Positions 29,541-43,706 of a stretch of 64,000 bases of DNA are shown here, piece by piece. Below the pieces are notes generated by a model. The model searched no databases. It saw nothing but the letters and a program-made list of their open reading frames with translations, and was not told where the DNA came from. The position numbers and the translations under genes were made by a program. Location of the stretch: NCBI RefSeq assembly GCF_009914755.1, contig NC_060931.1; one strand, written 5' to 3'. Each line of letters begins with the position of its first letter. The first letter of the stretch is position 1. The DNA is from the human T2T-CHM13v2.0 reference genome, Homo sapiens.

Positions 29541-30117
29541 ATATTTATCTTTTGCTAATGGTTAATGTTCTTGGTTTATCTACTGGGCCTCATAATTTTT
29601 CTTACGAGTTTGTAAGGCTATCTCTGTTTTAAGGATAGAAATCCATATGCATGTAACATCAAACTCAAAGCTAGTATATGGTATGTGTGCAATCTCTACC
29701 CTCAGGAAAAACTGGCTTATGTCTAGCAGGGAAGAATATGAGGCCAGCCAGTGAGGAGTGAGTGCAATATGAGAGCTCTAGGGACCCCGTTTAATTACAG
29801 TCATCAAGTACATTACTAGCGCAATGAGAAATTCAGAACCATCCCAAATCAGGAAGATGAGCACAGCAAAGAGAAAACCAAAGAAGGGCATTTGGAGAAA
29901 GTTCTGAGAGTCCAGGCCATCCCTTGTGGCTTGATTTGCCATTTACAAATTCCTGGACTGGTAAGGACCAGATTCACATATGATCCTGCTATCAGGCATG
30001 TATTGGTAGTCAATAAATGCATGAAGAAATGCATTATTGAACCAACCCAGAGTCTAACTGACCTGAGTATCCCAGAGTCAACCCTTCCCTAAAATCATCT
30101 CCAGTCAACAAAGGGTC

Positions 30118-30471
30118 TGATATGGTTTAGCTCTGTCCCCACCCAAATCTCATCTTGAATTGTAATAATCCCCATGTGTCAAGGGTGGGGTCAGGTGGAG
30201 AAAACTGAATCGTGTGGGCAGTTTCCCCCATACTGTTCTCATGGTAGCAAATAAGTCTCATGAAATCTGATGGTTTTATAAATGAGAGTTCCCCTGCACA
30301 TGCCTTCTTGCCTGCTGTCATGTAAGACGTCCCTTTGCTCTTTCTTCATCTTCTGCCATGATCATGAGGCCTCCCCAGCCATGTGGAACTGAGTCCATTA
30401 AACCCCTTTGCTTTGTAAATTAGCCAGTCTTGGGTATGTCTTTATTAGCAGCATGAGAATGGACTAATGCA
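30118..30471 (+). mobile_element. THE1B-like MaLR solo LTR
   Basis: tgatatggtttagctctgtccccacccaaatctcatc...ggactaatgca. Confidence 0.93.
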
Positions 30472-31113
30472 AAGTCGATCTAATTAAACCACAAATATCC
30501 AAGTCACTACTTCAGGGTCCTTCATTTCTATTTTCTTCTTCAAACATCCAAGCAGAATCTCTGCATATCATTTGGATAGTTGGCCAGTAAATGCTTCAAT
30601 TATAAGTTGAAAGAAATAAAATAAAATCATCTGGTGGAATGGTTTTAATTAGAATTTAGTGAGTTGGGCAAGCAATTAGCGCATCTAAGAATGGAGGCTA
30701 CATACGCATATTTGTCTCCGTTGAGCTTCACTGATTTAAATGAGCATTTGACTCAGATTTCTCAAGTTAAACAAAGGCCATCATAATGACAATAACAAGA
30801 AGAATGTAGCCTGAGCTAATAGAAAAATTGCAAAAGCTATCACTCTTTGTCCTCCCAGCTCTCAGTGGATGGATTTTATGGCAGTACCACCGCCTCCATT
30901 TTAGCCAAGGCTTGAAATTCTCAAGATGATCAGGAATATTAATTAATTTTAAATTTTCACATAGAAAGAGGGGACAATGAAGGAAGAGGAACTATCATGT
31001 TTGAGCAATGCTGTATGCCAAGTACGCTACAAGAAATTTATGTACATCATCTCTCTACTACTTTGTACCAGCCTGTGTGGAGGCTGCCATAACAGATGCA
31101 ATTAAAAAACAAA

Positions 31114-31418
<305 letters not shown>

Positions 31419-31528
31419 CTAAGGTCCACAAAAGCAAAGTCATTTCTAACCTTGAATGGCCAGTAAGGGAAGAACCCTGTTTAGTTGGAACCCAAGGTTC
31501 TTGCTCTTTTTAAGAAATTTAGAATCCC

Positions 31529-31817
<289 letters not shown>

Positions 31818-31890
<73 letters not shown>

Positions 31891-31957
31891 GAAGGAAGGA
31901 AGGAAGGAAGGAAGGAAGGAAGGAAGGAAGGAAGGAAGGAAGGAAGGAAGGAAGGAA
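31818..31957. repeat. (GAAA)18(GGAA)17 compound microsatellite (Alu tail)
   Basis: Counted from the sequence. Confidence 0.95.
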
Positions 31958-32145
31958 AGAAAGAAATTTAGAATCCCTTAAACTTAAGAGATGTATTTAA
32001 TCTCCCCAAAGAGACAATCGAATTGCTCTTGGAACAGGCTGATTGTTACATCTCCAGTGTGATCTCACTTTCCAACTGAGAGGTTGAGAGCTGCAGGAGC
32101 TGAGAGCGATGCTGCTTCTTCCACAGGCCAAGAAGGTGTCACACT

Positions 32146-32323
32146 GTCACTTCTCAATTTTGGCTGCACAATGAAATCACTAGGGAGCTTTAAAAAAATA
32201 CAGATGCCAGGCTCCCAGCCAGAGAGGTTCTGTTTTCATGGGGATGGGGCACAACCTGGAATAGGCATTTTTTTTTTTAACTTCTCAGGTTATTCTAACA
32301 TGCAGCCAAGGTTAAGGACCACA
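32146..32323. mobile_element. MER5B-like hAT-Charlie
   Basis: cttctcaattttggctgcacaatgaaatcactagggagctttaaaaaaatacagatgcc...gcagccaaggttaaggaccac. Confidence 0.85.
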
Positions 32324-32585
32324 GAGCCCCATGCACAGTGTGCATTGAGAGAAGGTTATGGGAGTCCCACTTAAGAGTGAAAATGTCACTTCCCTGAGCT
32401 TTGCAAGGCTGTGCCCATGATCTTTCCCTAAGCGCTATTCCAGTCCTGGACCTGGCAGAGAGTCACCAATAGCAAAGTGAAAGACCCTAGGTGGGGATCC
32501 TGGCTCTGTCTCTTACTGGCATTATGATCTTGGCCAAGTAAGTTAATCTGAATCATAGTTGTCTATCTATAAAATAAAGATAAGG

Positions 32586-33060
<475 letters not shown>

Positions 33061-33337
33061 TGAATACAAGGAGAAGTACCTGACTACCATTTTGGATTAG
33101 GGTGAAGATTTAAAATAAATGCTTCCCCGCCATGCCTAGCAAATGATATTTGCCAGTAACTGATAATTACTTGCTTAAACTATGTGACCCTTGAAGGCAG
33201 AGACCATACACATTTGAACCTCTCTATACATAGCATCTGGAGTATAGTACAGGCTTAGTTTGTGCAGTAATTGACACTACTATCCCTGAATTTTCCTATA
33301 CCAAGAGCTACTTCATGAATGGGATTTATGCTTTTTA

Positions 33338-33339
<2 letters not shown>

Positions 33340-33368
<29 letters not shown>

Positions 33369-33657
33369 GAGACGCAGTCTTGCTCTGTTGCTCAGGCTGG
33401 AGTGCAGTGGCATGATGTCATGATCTTGGCTCACTGCAATCTCTGCCTCCTGGGTTCAGGTGATTCCCCTGCCTCAGCCTCCCAAGTAGCTGGGACTACA
33501 GGCATGCGCCACCACGACCAGCTAATTTTTTGTATTTTAGTGGAGATGGGGTTTCACCATGTTGGCCAGGATGGTCTTGATCTCTTGACCTCGTGATCCA
33601 CCCACCTCGGCCTCCCAAAGTGCTGGGATTACAGGCGTGAGCCACCACGCCCGGCCT
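33340..33657 (-). mobile_element. Alu (AluSc-like)
   Basis: Long poly-T; TSD core ttttacct. Confidence 0.97.
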
Positions 33658-33938
33658 AGTTTTTACCTTTTAAATGCACTAAGTATCATTATCTCTCACT
33701 AACACCTTGGTCCAGTGTTTTTAGTTGTTGTTGTTATTGTTAATAGATGCCCCAGAAAAGTAAAGCAAATAGGTTTTGGGATATATTGTATGCTAGAGTC
33801 TCCCTTCTGCACAGTCACAAGGCATACAATGTACTTAATCCTTTAAAAACTTTCCACAATGATACAAATCTGTTTAACACTGCCACATTCCAAAATATAT
33901 TATTGCAAAGTGTATTTGATGGGACACTTCTGAGTATC

Positions 33939-34475
33939 TGTACTAGTCGGGGTTCCCCAGAGAGACAGAACCAATGGGATATACAGAGAGATATATCAGA
34001 GTGGATTTATTAGAGGAATTGGCTTATGTAATTAGAGAGGCTGAGAAGTTCCATGATAGACTGTCAGCAAGATCAAGACCCAGGGAAACTGGTATTGAGG
34101 CTCAGTCCACATCTGAAGCCATCAGAATCAGAGGCCTGAGAACTCGGGATGGGGGAGTATCTGTTGCAAGTCCTTGAGTCCAAAGGCTGGAGAATTTTGG
34201 GTTCCGATGCCCAAGGGCAGGAGTAGAAAGGCAGCTCAGCTCCAGAAGAGAAAAAGTCAGTTCCCCTTTCCTCTCCCGTTCTGTTTTATCCAGAACCTCA
34301 GCCAACTGGATGGTATCTGTCCAGGTTGAAGGTGGATCTTCTTTACTCAGCCGACTGATTTGAAGGCCAATCTCTTCCAGAAACACCCTCAAAGATATGC
34401 CTAGAAATAATGCCTTACCCATTATCTGCATATCCCTTAATCCAGGCAAGTTGACACCTAAAATGAACCATTGCA
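33939..34475 (-). mobile_element. MLT2 (A/B-like) ERVL solo LTR
   Basis: tgtactagtcggggttccccagagagacagaacc...aagttgacacctaaaatgaaccattgca; perfect TSD gtatc. Confidence 0.93.
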
Positions 34476-34529
34476 GTATCTAATGAAACATTTTTTGGGA
34501 TTCTATCTGGGAAAACTCATCCTAATTTA

Positions 34530-34985
<456 letters not shown>

Positions 34986-35307
34986 TTACCCACAGGATAG
35001 CCTTTTCTGGGCAGCAGATTCACAAATACTAAAAGCAAAAGACATTATCTGCCATAGCAGAATGGAATTTTGTTAAGGTGCAAAGCTGATTTTGATTTCT
35101 GATTAAATTAATCAAGTTCTCCTAGCTTCAGAAACCTCATCTGAGAAATGAGAATACTACAGTGACTCTATGAGCTAGATCTTATTTTAGAAACTAGCAA
35201 AGCCATTGACTGGTGTTTTTCACTAAATATTTCTCACTCTCTGCCTTCTTGCCACAATGTAGGATTGTTGTGTTGTGGCTCTCTTTGGAGCAGGAAAGAT
35301 AGCTCTC

Positions 35308-35631
35308 TTTGTTTTATTTTATTTTTTAAAATTTATTGTTGTTATTATTTGAGATGGAGTCTCATTCCGTTGCCCAGGCTGGAGAGCAATGGCTCAATCT
35401 CGGCTCACTGCAATACCCACCTCCCAGGTTCAAGCAGTTCCCCTGCCTCAGCCTCCTGAGTAGCTGGGATTAGAGGCACCCACCACCACGTCCAGCTAAT
35501 TTTTTATATTTTGGTAGAGATGGGGTTTCACCATGTTGGCCAGGCTGGTCTCAGACTCTTGACCTCAGGTGATCTGCCCACCTCGACCTCCCTAAGTGCT
35601 GGGATTACAGGCATGAGCCACCACACCTGGT
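35308..35631 (-). mobile_element. Alu (AluS)
   Basis: TSD gatag(c/t)tct. Confidence 0.96.
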
Positions 35632-35749
35632 GATAGTTCTTTCTCAAATGACAAGCACCATTCAAGATCTAGTCCTCCTGGTCATTTCACTAGGCTCTTT
35701 CCTCTGAATATTATTTACTCCACAATTAAAGCATAGAATCATGTGACTG

Positions 35750-36020
35750 TTGTGTATGGAACTGAGACTATGTCACCTTTAGGTTAGGGTACTTTATTGC
35801 TACCGTGGTCTCTCCAGAGCTATCTATCTATCATAGAGCCACCGGTGACTTTGAGATGGAAAATGTTCCACTAACCTGGGGTTTGCAATAAACAGAGGTC
35901 ACCTGCTAACCTGAAATAAACATGTAATGTGAGCAAGACAGAAACTTGCATTGTTAAAGTCACTGGGCTTTGCAAGTTGCCTGTTACTGCAGCACAACTT
36001 AGCTTAACCTGTCTTATTCA
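35750..36020 (+). mobile_element. Old MLT1 (J/K-like) LTR 3' part
   Basis: atgtgagcaagacagaaacttgcattgttaaagtcactgg...tgttactgcagcacaac. Confidence 0.6.
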
Positions 36021-36120
36021 ATAATCAAATGAGATAGCACAGAGCAAATGTCATCACAGTTCCTAGCTCCCAATAGGCGAGAAGAAGGAAATAGTCTGCA
36101 CTTGTTGGCATTCTTATTAT

Positions 36121-36460
36121 AACTGTGACGTCATGCCACAGTTTAGAATGCCAATGAATGCAGCTTACTCCCCTCTCTTCTCTGTAGACTGCCCATGGAA
36201 TTCCCTAGTCCCAAGGCCTTGCCCATCCTTTATCCTTCAGGGAGGTCTGCTACTTTTTCACGCTTCATCTTGAATTTGCAGATGCTGCACAAATGTGATT
36301 CTGGGCTTTGTTTCTGATGAACTCTACTTCCTGCATGGGACAGCTTCACCCAAGTGGGATGGGACCTGGTCAAGTGCCCAGATCCTCCTAGCGTGTTGCA
36401 CCTCACCCTTCTGCTGCATTTAACTACACTAAGCCTGAGAAAGATGAGCAAATTGATCAA
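36121..36460 (+). repeat. Local duplication C, copy 1
   Basis: Colinear with 37911-38540, e.g. gcacaaatgtgattctgggcttt and ttaactacactaagcct. Confidence 0.92.
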
Positions 36461-36702
36461 TAAATGTTATTTATTCCCTTTCTAAAGTGGGGACTGGGGC
36501 ACACTCACTAGTTGACTCATATCATACATTTGAACACAGAGCACTCCATCCTGGTAAGCAAGTGCACTCAGGAAAATAAATACACAGCAGAAAGTATGTT
36601 CATGGCTTTAGGATAAAACTAGTTGGGGTAGTTGATATTTAGGAGGTTTGCTTGTTTGGGTTTTCTTTGTTCTTTCCCTCTTTTTTAATGCACAATAGAC
36701 TT

Positions 36703-37066
36703 TGCATTAGTCTGTTTACACACTGCTATAAAGACATACCTGAGACTAGATAATTTAGAAACAAAAGAGGTTTAATTGATTCACAGTTCCTCCTGGCTGG
36801 GAGGCCTCAGGAAACTTACAATCATGGTGGAAGGGGAAGCAGGCACGTCTTACATGGTGGCAGGTAAGAGAGAGAGAGAAGAAGAAGGAACTGCTAAACA
36901 CTTATAAAACCATCAGATCTTGTGAGAACTCACTCACTATCACAAGAACAGCATGGGGGAAACCGCCACCATGATCCAATCACCTGCCACCAGGTCCCTC
37001 CCTTGACACATGCAGATTACAATTCAAGAGGAGATTTGGGTGGGGACCCAGGGCCAAACTGTATCA
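36703..37066 (-). mobile_element. THE1C/D-like MaLR solo LTR
   Basis: tgcattagtctgttt...gagatttgggtgggg...tatca; TSD gactt/gactc. Confidence 0.93.
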
Positions 37067-37910
37067 GACTCCTAGAAAATGGTTGAGAAACGGAATTGAA
37101 TTGCATACCTTGGGCATCAGTTAATCACATTGTTTTTAAGAATAAAGTAAAAAGGAACACAAGGCAGATGGCAAAGACTCCAGTTGCAGAGAGGATCCTT
37201 GACTCCTGACACTACCCTTCCGCCCCTAACCTAACCCTCCCTTTCTTCCTGTCTTCCATTTTTAAATAGCTCTGGATTTAGCACTTTGTCCCATTTTCCA
37301 TACGCAGCTGCATTTTTACCTCTGACTTGGGATGGCAGCCCAGCCCTTATCTGCATGAGCTTATAAACACTAACTGAACATGTTTCTCATTAACATGCAC
37401 TTGAGAGTCTCCCAGGAAGATGAGCTCAAGCTCAGCTGAGGTGGGTTTAGCAGCACTGTTGGCTCCTGTGTGCAGGCACTTGGCCTGAATGTTTTTTCTA
37501 CTGGGGGGTGAAAGCAAACTTTGTTTTCTTAGCACAAAGCACAGACTGCTTCTGCAGGAGCTGAGGCTGCCAGGCCTGGTTCTCAGCCTTCCTGTCTTTC
37601 TCTCCCTGCTGGGAGCTCAGACACTCCCCTGAAGATTCAGCCCACCTGCAGTTACTTCTCTAGCATCAGGGAAGACCAAGGAGCAGAGAGGCTGCAGGCA
37701 CCATGGCTTTTAGGATGTGAGTCAGGTTCTGCTTTCAAGCCCCCAACAAATGAGCTTTTGTAGAATAACCCAGCCTCACCCCGTGCCTCAGCTTCTATTC
37801 TAGAAATGGGATCTAAACCTCATTCTGTGCCCCAAACGCTGACCAAGGGGGCTTCCCAGCACCAGACATTGTGCCCTACTCTGCTCTACTTAAGCCCTCC
37901 CAGGGACCTG

Positions 37911-38540
<630 letters not shown>

Positions 38541-38571
38541 AAGTTAAAAAGGTAAATAACAAAGAAAAATA

Positions 38572-38920
38572 TCGTCAGCCCTTCATATTCATGGGTTTTG
38601 TATTGGTAAATTCAACTAACAAAGAATTGAAAATATTCAGAAAAAAATGGATTGTTGTGTCTGTTCTAAATATGTTCAGACTTACTTTCTTGTCATAATT
38701 CCCTAAACAGTATAGTATAACAACTATCTGCATAACATTTACACTGTATTAGGGCATTATAAGTAATCTGGGGGCTATTTAAAGTATACAGAGGGATATG
38801 TCGTGATTATATGCAAATACTGCACTATTTTATGTAAGGAAGTTGAGCATCAGTGGATTTTGGTATCTACAAAATCCACGGATTTGGTACCAATCCCTCA
38901 TGGATACTGAGGGGTGATTT
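38572..38920. mobile_element. Tigger3a (MER7A)-like TcMar DNA transposon
   Basis: ttccctaaacagtatagtataacaactat...ttatatgcaaatac...ggatactgagggg; degenerate TIRs. Confidence 0.85.
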
Positions 38921-38932
38921 GATAGTGCAGAG

Positions 38933-39358
38933 TGTAATAGCTCGTTTTTATGTGTCAACTTGGATGCCCAGATAGCTGGGAAGTGCTTCTGCTGGGGGTG
39001 TCTATGAGGGATTTTTTAGAAGGGATTAGCATTTGAATCTATAGACTGAGTAAAAATGATCCACCCTCACCAATGTAGGTGGGCATCATTCAAGACTTTG
39101 AGGCCTCAAATAGAACAAAAAATCAGAGGAAGGAGGAATTCACATTTCTCTGTTTGGGCTGGTATATCCATCTTCTTTTTCCCTCGGACTTCAGTGCTCC
39201 TGGTTTTCTGGGCTTTGGACTCAGATTGAATTATGCCAGCAACTTCCCTACTTCTCCAGCTTGTAGACAGCAGACTGTGGGACTTCCTGGGCTCTATGAT
39301 TTTATGAGCCAAATCCTATTATAGATAGATATCTATTATAGATAGATAGGTAGGTAGG

Positions 39359-39394
<36 letters not shown>

Positions 39395-39668
39395 AGATAG
39401 ATAATAGGTAGATAGATGGATGATAGATAGATAGTAGATAGATAGATGATAGATAGATAGTAGATAGATGATAGATAGATGGATGATAGTAGATAGATAG
39501 ATATACAGGTAGTAGATAGACAGATAGATGATAGACAGTAGATAGACAGATAGGTAGTAGATAGATAGATAGATAAATGATAGACAGATAGTAGATAGAT
39601 AGATAGATGGATAGATAGGTTGACATATGTATGCTGTTCTATTTCTCTGGAGAACACTGACTCATACA
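38933..39668 (+). mobile_element. MLT2 (B/D-like) ERVL solo LTR containing a GATA tract
   Basis: ttttatgtgtcaacttgg...gattagcatttgaatc...ttctctggagaacactgactcataca; TSD cagag/catag. Confidence 0.88.
39322..39620. repeat. Complex (GATA/TAGA)n tract
   Basis: About 300 bp of degenerate tetranucleotide repeat. Confidence 0.97.
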
Positions 39669-41539
39669 CATAGATAGGGTAAAATCATAAAGACTATCCT
39701 CAAAGAAACTAAATGTAGAAAACAGTGTCTCATGGGATGATGTAATCTAAATGTCTCGTGCACTGAGATGATGCACTTTTCTCTCTTCTTCTGTCCAATG
39801 GGGCTAAGATCACCTGTCTGGTGAGGCTGTTGGAAAGGTCAGAAAAAGGCATGTAGAGCACCAACCCAGTGCCCGCTATACAAACTTGTTCTAGTGTTAT
39901 TGCGGTTGCATATCCCTTAATTAAGCCATGTGTATTTCCTACTGATGCCAAAGCCACAAGAGAGACGCTCTTCACTGGAGACCCTGCTCAGACTGTCATG
40001 TGGTTCAATGATCCCACAAAGGAGGCAGAGTCCACAGAAATCCCTAGAGATATGTATCTCCTCCAAGGCCTGACCCAGCCATTCCATCTTTTCTAAACAC
40101 TATTTAGCTCTAATGCCCTACAAGAGTCCAAAAAGAAATCATCTCAAATAGGATAAAGGATTCTTGAGGCAGGTCATTCTGCAAACTTTTCTTATAAAGT
40201 CAAAGCTCCTGGCAGCCAGGTGTACCCTCCGCCTTCAAATGTGATTATCTCTGGGCTTAGCCAGATGAGGATGCAAAGTGCAGAAACCTTGCACGGCATT
40301 TATATAACCCTGGTCGATTCTGCAGCAATCATTGTCTGAGTTAGCTAATGCCAGGGTACAAGGACTTCCCACTGAGATTCCATTACCTTGTAATTTTCAG
40401 CTTGTTCACTGTTGCAGTAAAGCCCCTCTGTCTTATAATTCCCCAGCATTCACATCTCATCTTCTCAAGAACTGAAGTATGTAAGATGCTTTCTGCTGGG
40501 GATTCATTGAGATAAGTTATTGAAGTCAAGCAGAGAGGCAGGCTTCCAGCACTCGGCTATTCATCTCAAAATTTATGTTCATGCTTTCTTTTGAAGGTCT
40601 AACATATCACAAACAATGTACTTTCTATATGATTAAAAATTCATAAGTTTCCTAGACAATGAAGGTGGAGGAGTGAAGAACCCTCACACTTGGGTCTCAT
40701 TAGCAAGGGGAGGCTTGGAACAGCTAACTTGTTTTTGATGTAATTTTTGTGGGACTGAGATGCCACAGTCATTCACAGCCTTTCAGCAGGGAGGAGAAAT
40801 GCTGTCTACACAGACTCATTAACCTGCCCCCAGAGTTGAGCTGCGTGATCTGCTAGAGGGTCCTTTTCTTTCTAGAAAATTTCTGCTCCCTCCTTTATCT
40901 TGTTCTTTGGGCTCTAAATTATGTCCCTTTTCTCCTCTCTGTATACACAGATACCGCCCTAGTGCTCAGCCTGCACACGGTCATCTCATTTGTCTCCCTG
41001 CCCATGGTGACCCCTTGCCATTCAACTCAGCTCATCATCACCCTTCTGATCACCCCAGAACAGCATTCTTAAAGCTGCCCTCTGCAGGAGGCTCCTCTCT
41101 GCCTTCCCATTGAAAAGGAGAAAATCAAATCCAAATTTCTCATGGTGGGATTGAAATACAATCATTTCTGCCTCCCTTGGAATTCATCAGCATAGGTTGT
41201 GAGAGCTGTCACTGGGGGTTTCCAGAGAGACTCTGGGAGGGGAGCAGGGTGTGTGTTGCAAGGAGCTTTGGGCTGATGTCTCTCAATCTGCTGCTCTTCT
41301 CCAGCTGGGCAGCCTCCCACCAAAAGGATGAGTTAAGGGAGTAGAGGCTCTAAAGTACAAATTAGAGGGCACTCCTCCTATTGAGAGGTGGGGGACATGC
41401 CTCACATTTTGAATCTAGGAGGGTTTGCAATTGCTTTGGATACTAGTAGACGGGAAAGTCACCTTCTGTGTCTTTTAGTGCTTCTGACTAGCTCTTAGAA
41501 CTCTAAGGCTTCATATAAGGAATCTGACCACAAGGAGGC

Positions 41540-41990
41540 CACCATGCTATAAGGAAGCCCAAGCCATGTGAAGAGGCCATGTGTGGGTGCCCACCATGTC
41601 ATAAGGAAGTTTAAGCCACACATAGAAGTCATGTGTGGGTGCTTACACATGGCCATGTGAAGAGGTCAGTTTTCTTGAGCTTACTTCATGCCATAAGGAA
41701 GCTCAAGCTATGTAGAGAGGCCACATGTGGGTGTCCACCATGCTATAAGGAAACCCAAGCCATGTGGAGAAGCCATGTGTGGGTCATGTCATAAGGAAGT
41801 TCAAGCCACGTGGAGAGGACACATGTTGGTACCCACCATGTCGTCAGGAAGCCCAAGCCACATGAAGAGGCCATGTGTAGGTGCCCACCATGCTGTAAGG
41901 AAGCCCGAGCAATGTGGAGAAGCCATGTGGGGGTGTCCACCATACTGTAAGGAAGCCCAAGCCATGTAGAGGAGCCATATGTAGGTGCTC
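41540..41990 (+). repeat. 52-bp minisatellite array 1 (~9 units)
   Basis: Unit caccatgctgtaaggaagcccaagccacgtggagaggccatgtgtgggtgcc; clear starts at 41540, 41592, 41736, 41834, 41886, 41938. Confidence 0.93.
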
Positions 41991-42242
41991 TGGTAGACAT
42001 TCTGAGAGGGGGCCGACCTCTGAGTCATTCTATAACAGACACCAGATTTGTGAGTATAGAATCCCCCAGACTGTTCCAGCCCCAGCCACTGGAGTCACTC
42101 TCAACCATGTGAAACCCCATCTGTGGTCCCAGACAGGATAGAGCAGAGACAAACCATCTTCACTGTTTCTGTCTAAATTTTCTGCCCCATGGGGAAATTT
42201 GGTCAGAAACCATCTTCACTGTTTCTGTTCAAATTTCTGCCC

Positions 42243-42500
42243 CACCATGCTGTAAGGAAGCCCAAGCCACGTGGAGAGGCCATGTGTGGGTGCTCACCAT
42301 GCTGTAAGGTAGCCCAGGCCACGTGGAGAGGCCATGTGTGGGTGCCCAGCATGCTGTAAGGTAGCCCAGGCCACATGGAGCGGCCATGTGTGGGTGCTCA
42401 CCATGCTGTAAGGTAGCCCAGGCCATGTGGAGAGGCCATGTGTGGATACTCACCATACATAAAAAAACCCAAGCCACGTGGAAAGGCCATGTGTGGGCGC
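42243..42500 (+). repeat. 52-bp minisatellite array 2 (5 units)
   Basis: Unit starts at 42243, 42295, 42347, 42399, 42451. Confidence 0.95.
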
Positions 42501-43417
42501 TCTGGTTGACTTTCTGAGAAGAGGCCAACCTCTGAGTCATTCTACATCAGGCCCCAGATTTGTGAGTGTAGAATCCTCCAGATCTTTCCAGCCCCAGCCA
42601 TCAGAGTCACCCTCAGCCATTTGAAACCTCCCATCTGTGGTCCCAGACATTATGGAGTAGAGACAAACCATCTTCACTGTTTCTCTCCAAATCTCTGCCC
42701 CATCGAGTCTGTAAACATAACAAAAGACTGTTATTTTAGGCCACTGAAATGGGAGTGGTTAGCGATGCAGTAGTAGTTAATTGGAATGGAGGGAGATGGT
42801 GAAGCTCCACCCTCCGTCATTCTCCAAGCAAGTTCTCCATGCACATTCTGGGTGCCTGAAAATGCACTGTCTTGCCCAAGGATCCAATGGGAGGAAAGCG
42901 CTGATATCTTATTGCTCAGATTATTTTATTATTTGGCAGGGCATGTGAAGCCATGAGACTCAGGGCAGACAAATTTTGAAGAGGGTTTGGGTAGAGGGAG
43001 AGGTTGTAGCACAGAGCAATTTCATAGGCAGCAGGGTTTATCTGGAGCACTGTGGTGGAGCCCCTGGAAGCTGATATTGCAGTAGAAGGGCTGGGCATGA
43101 GCTGTAGATACAGAAGGAGAAAGCAGGCAGGGAGCACACCACAGAGCCAAGGTCAATATCATCACCCTAATACACCTGACTCTGCTAGAGCCCTGAGTAT
43201 AAAATATCCAGATCTTCTAGAAATTCTGATTTCAACTCAGTTCTATTCACATAACAAGTACCCAGGATCTATTACACAGGAGGCCAGGTGTAGGAAGAAG
43301 GTATACAAATGACGACGTTGCAACCTCAAGTCTGGAGAAGTTATTCTCCATCCTGGGTACATTGTCCTTCTGGAAAATCATGAAGCTATTCAGAATTATA
43401 TTAAAGGTCTTTTCAGA

Positions 43418-43706
43418 GGCCAGGCGCTGTGGCTCAAGCCCCTAATCCCAGCACTTTGGGAAGCTGAGAAAGGAAAATCACCTGAGGTCAGGAATTCGAT
43501 ATCAGCCTGGCCAACATGGCGAAAACCCATCTCTAGAAAAAATAAAAATTTGCTGGGTGAGGTGATAGTGCCTGTAATCCCAGACACTTCAGAGGCTAAG
43601 GCAGGAGAATTGCTTGACCCTGGAGGTGGAGGTTGCAGTGAGCTGAGATCACTGCACTCGAGTCTGGACGACAAAGCAAAAATCCACCTAAACAACAACA
43701 AAAAAG
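43418..43706 (+). mobile_element. Alu (AluS)
   Basis: ggccaggcgctgtggctc... Confidence 0.94.

Larger units (their letters stand above)
27950..29660 (-). mobile_element. Fragments of an ancient L1ME, interrupted by later insertions
   Basis: cattgccaaattgttttccagaagg, tttcacttaacatt, gtttgtaaggctatctc. Confidence 0.55.
41341..42786 (+). mobile_element. MLT1 (F/G/H-like) LTR with internal expansions
   Basis: ctcctcctattgagaggtggggg...gaatctagg; 3' end tgttattttaggccactgaaatgggagtggtt. Confidence 0.7.

Noticed and set aside
41540-42500. Regularly spaced repeats suggestive of a CRISPR array
   Set aside because: These are head-to-tail tandem units without unique spacers, in primate DNA with no cas genes.
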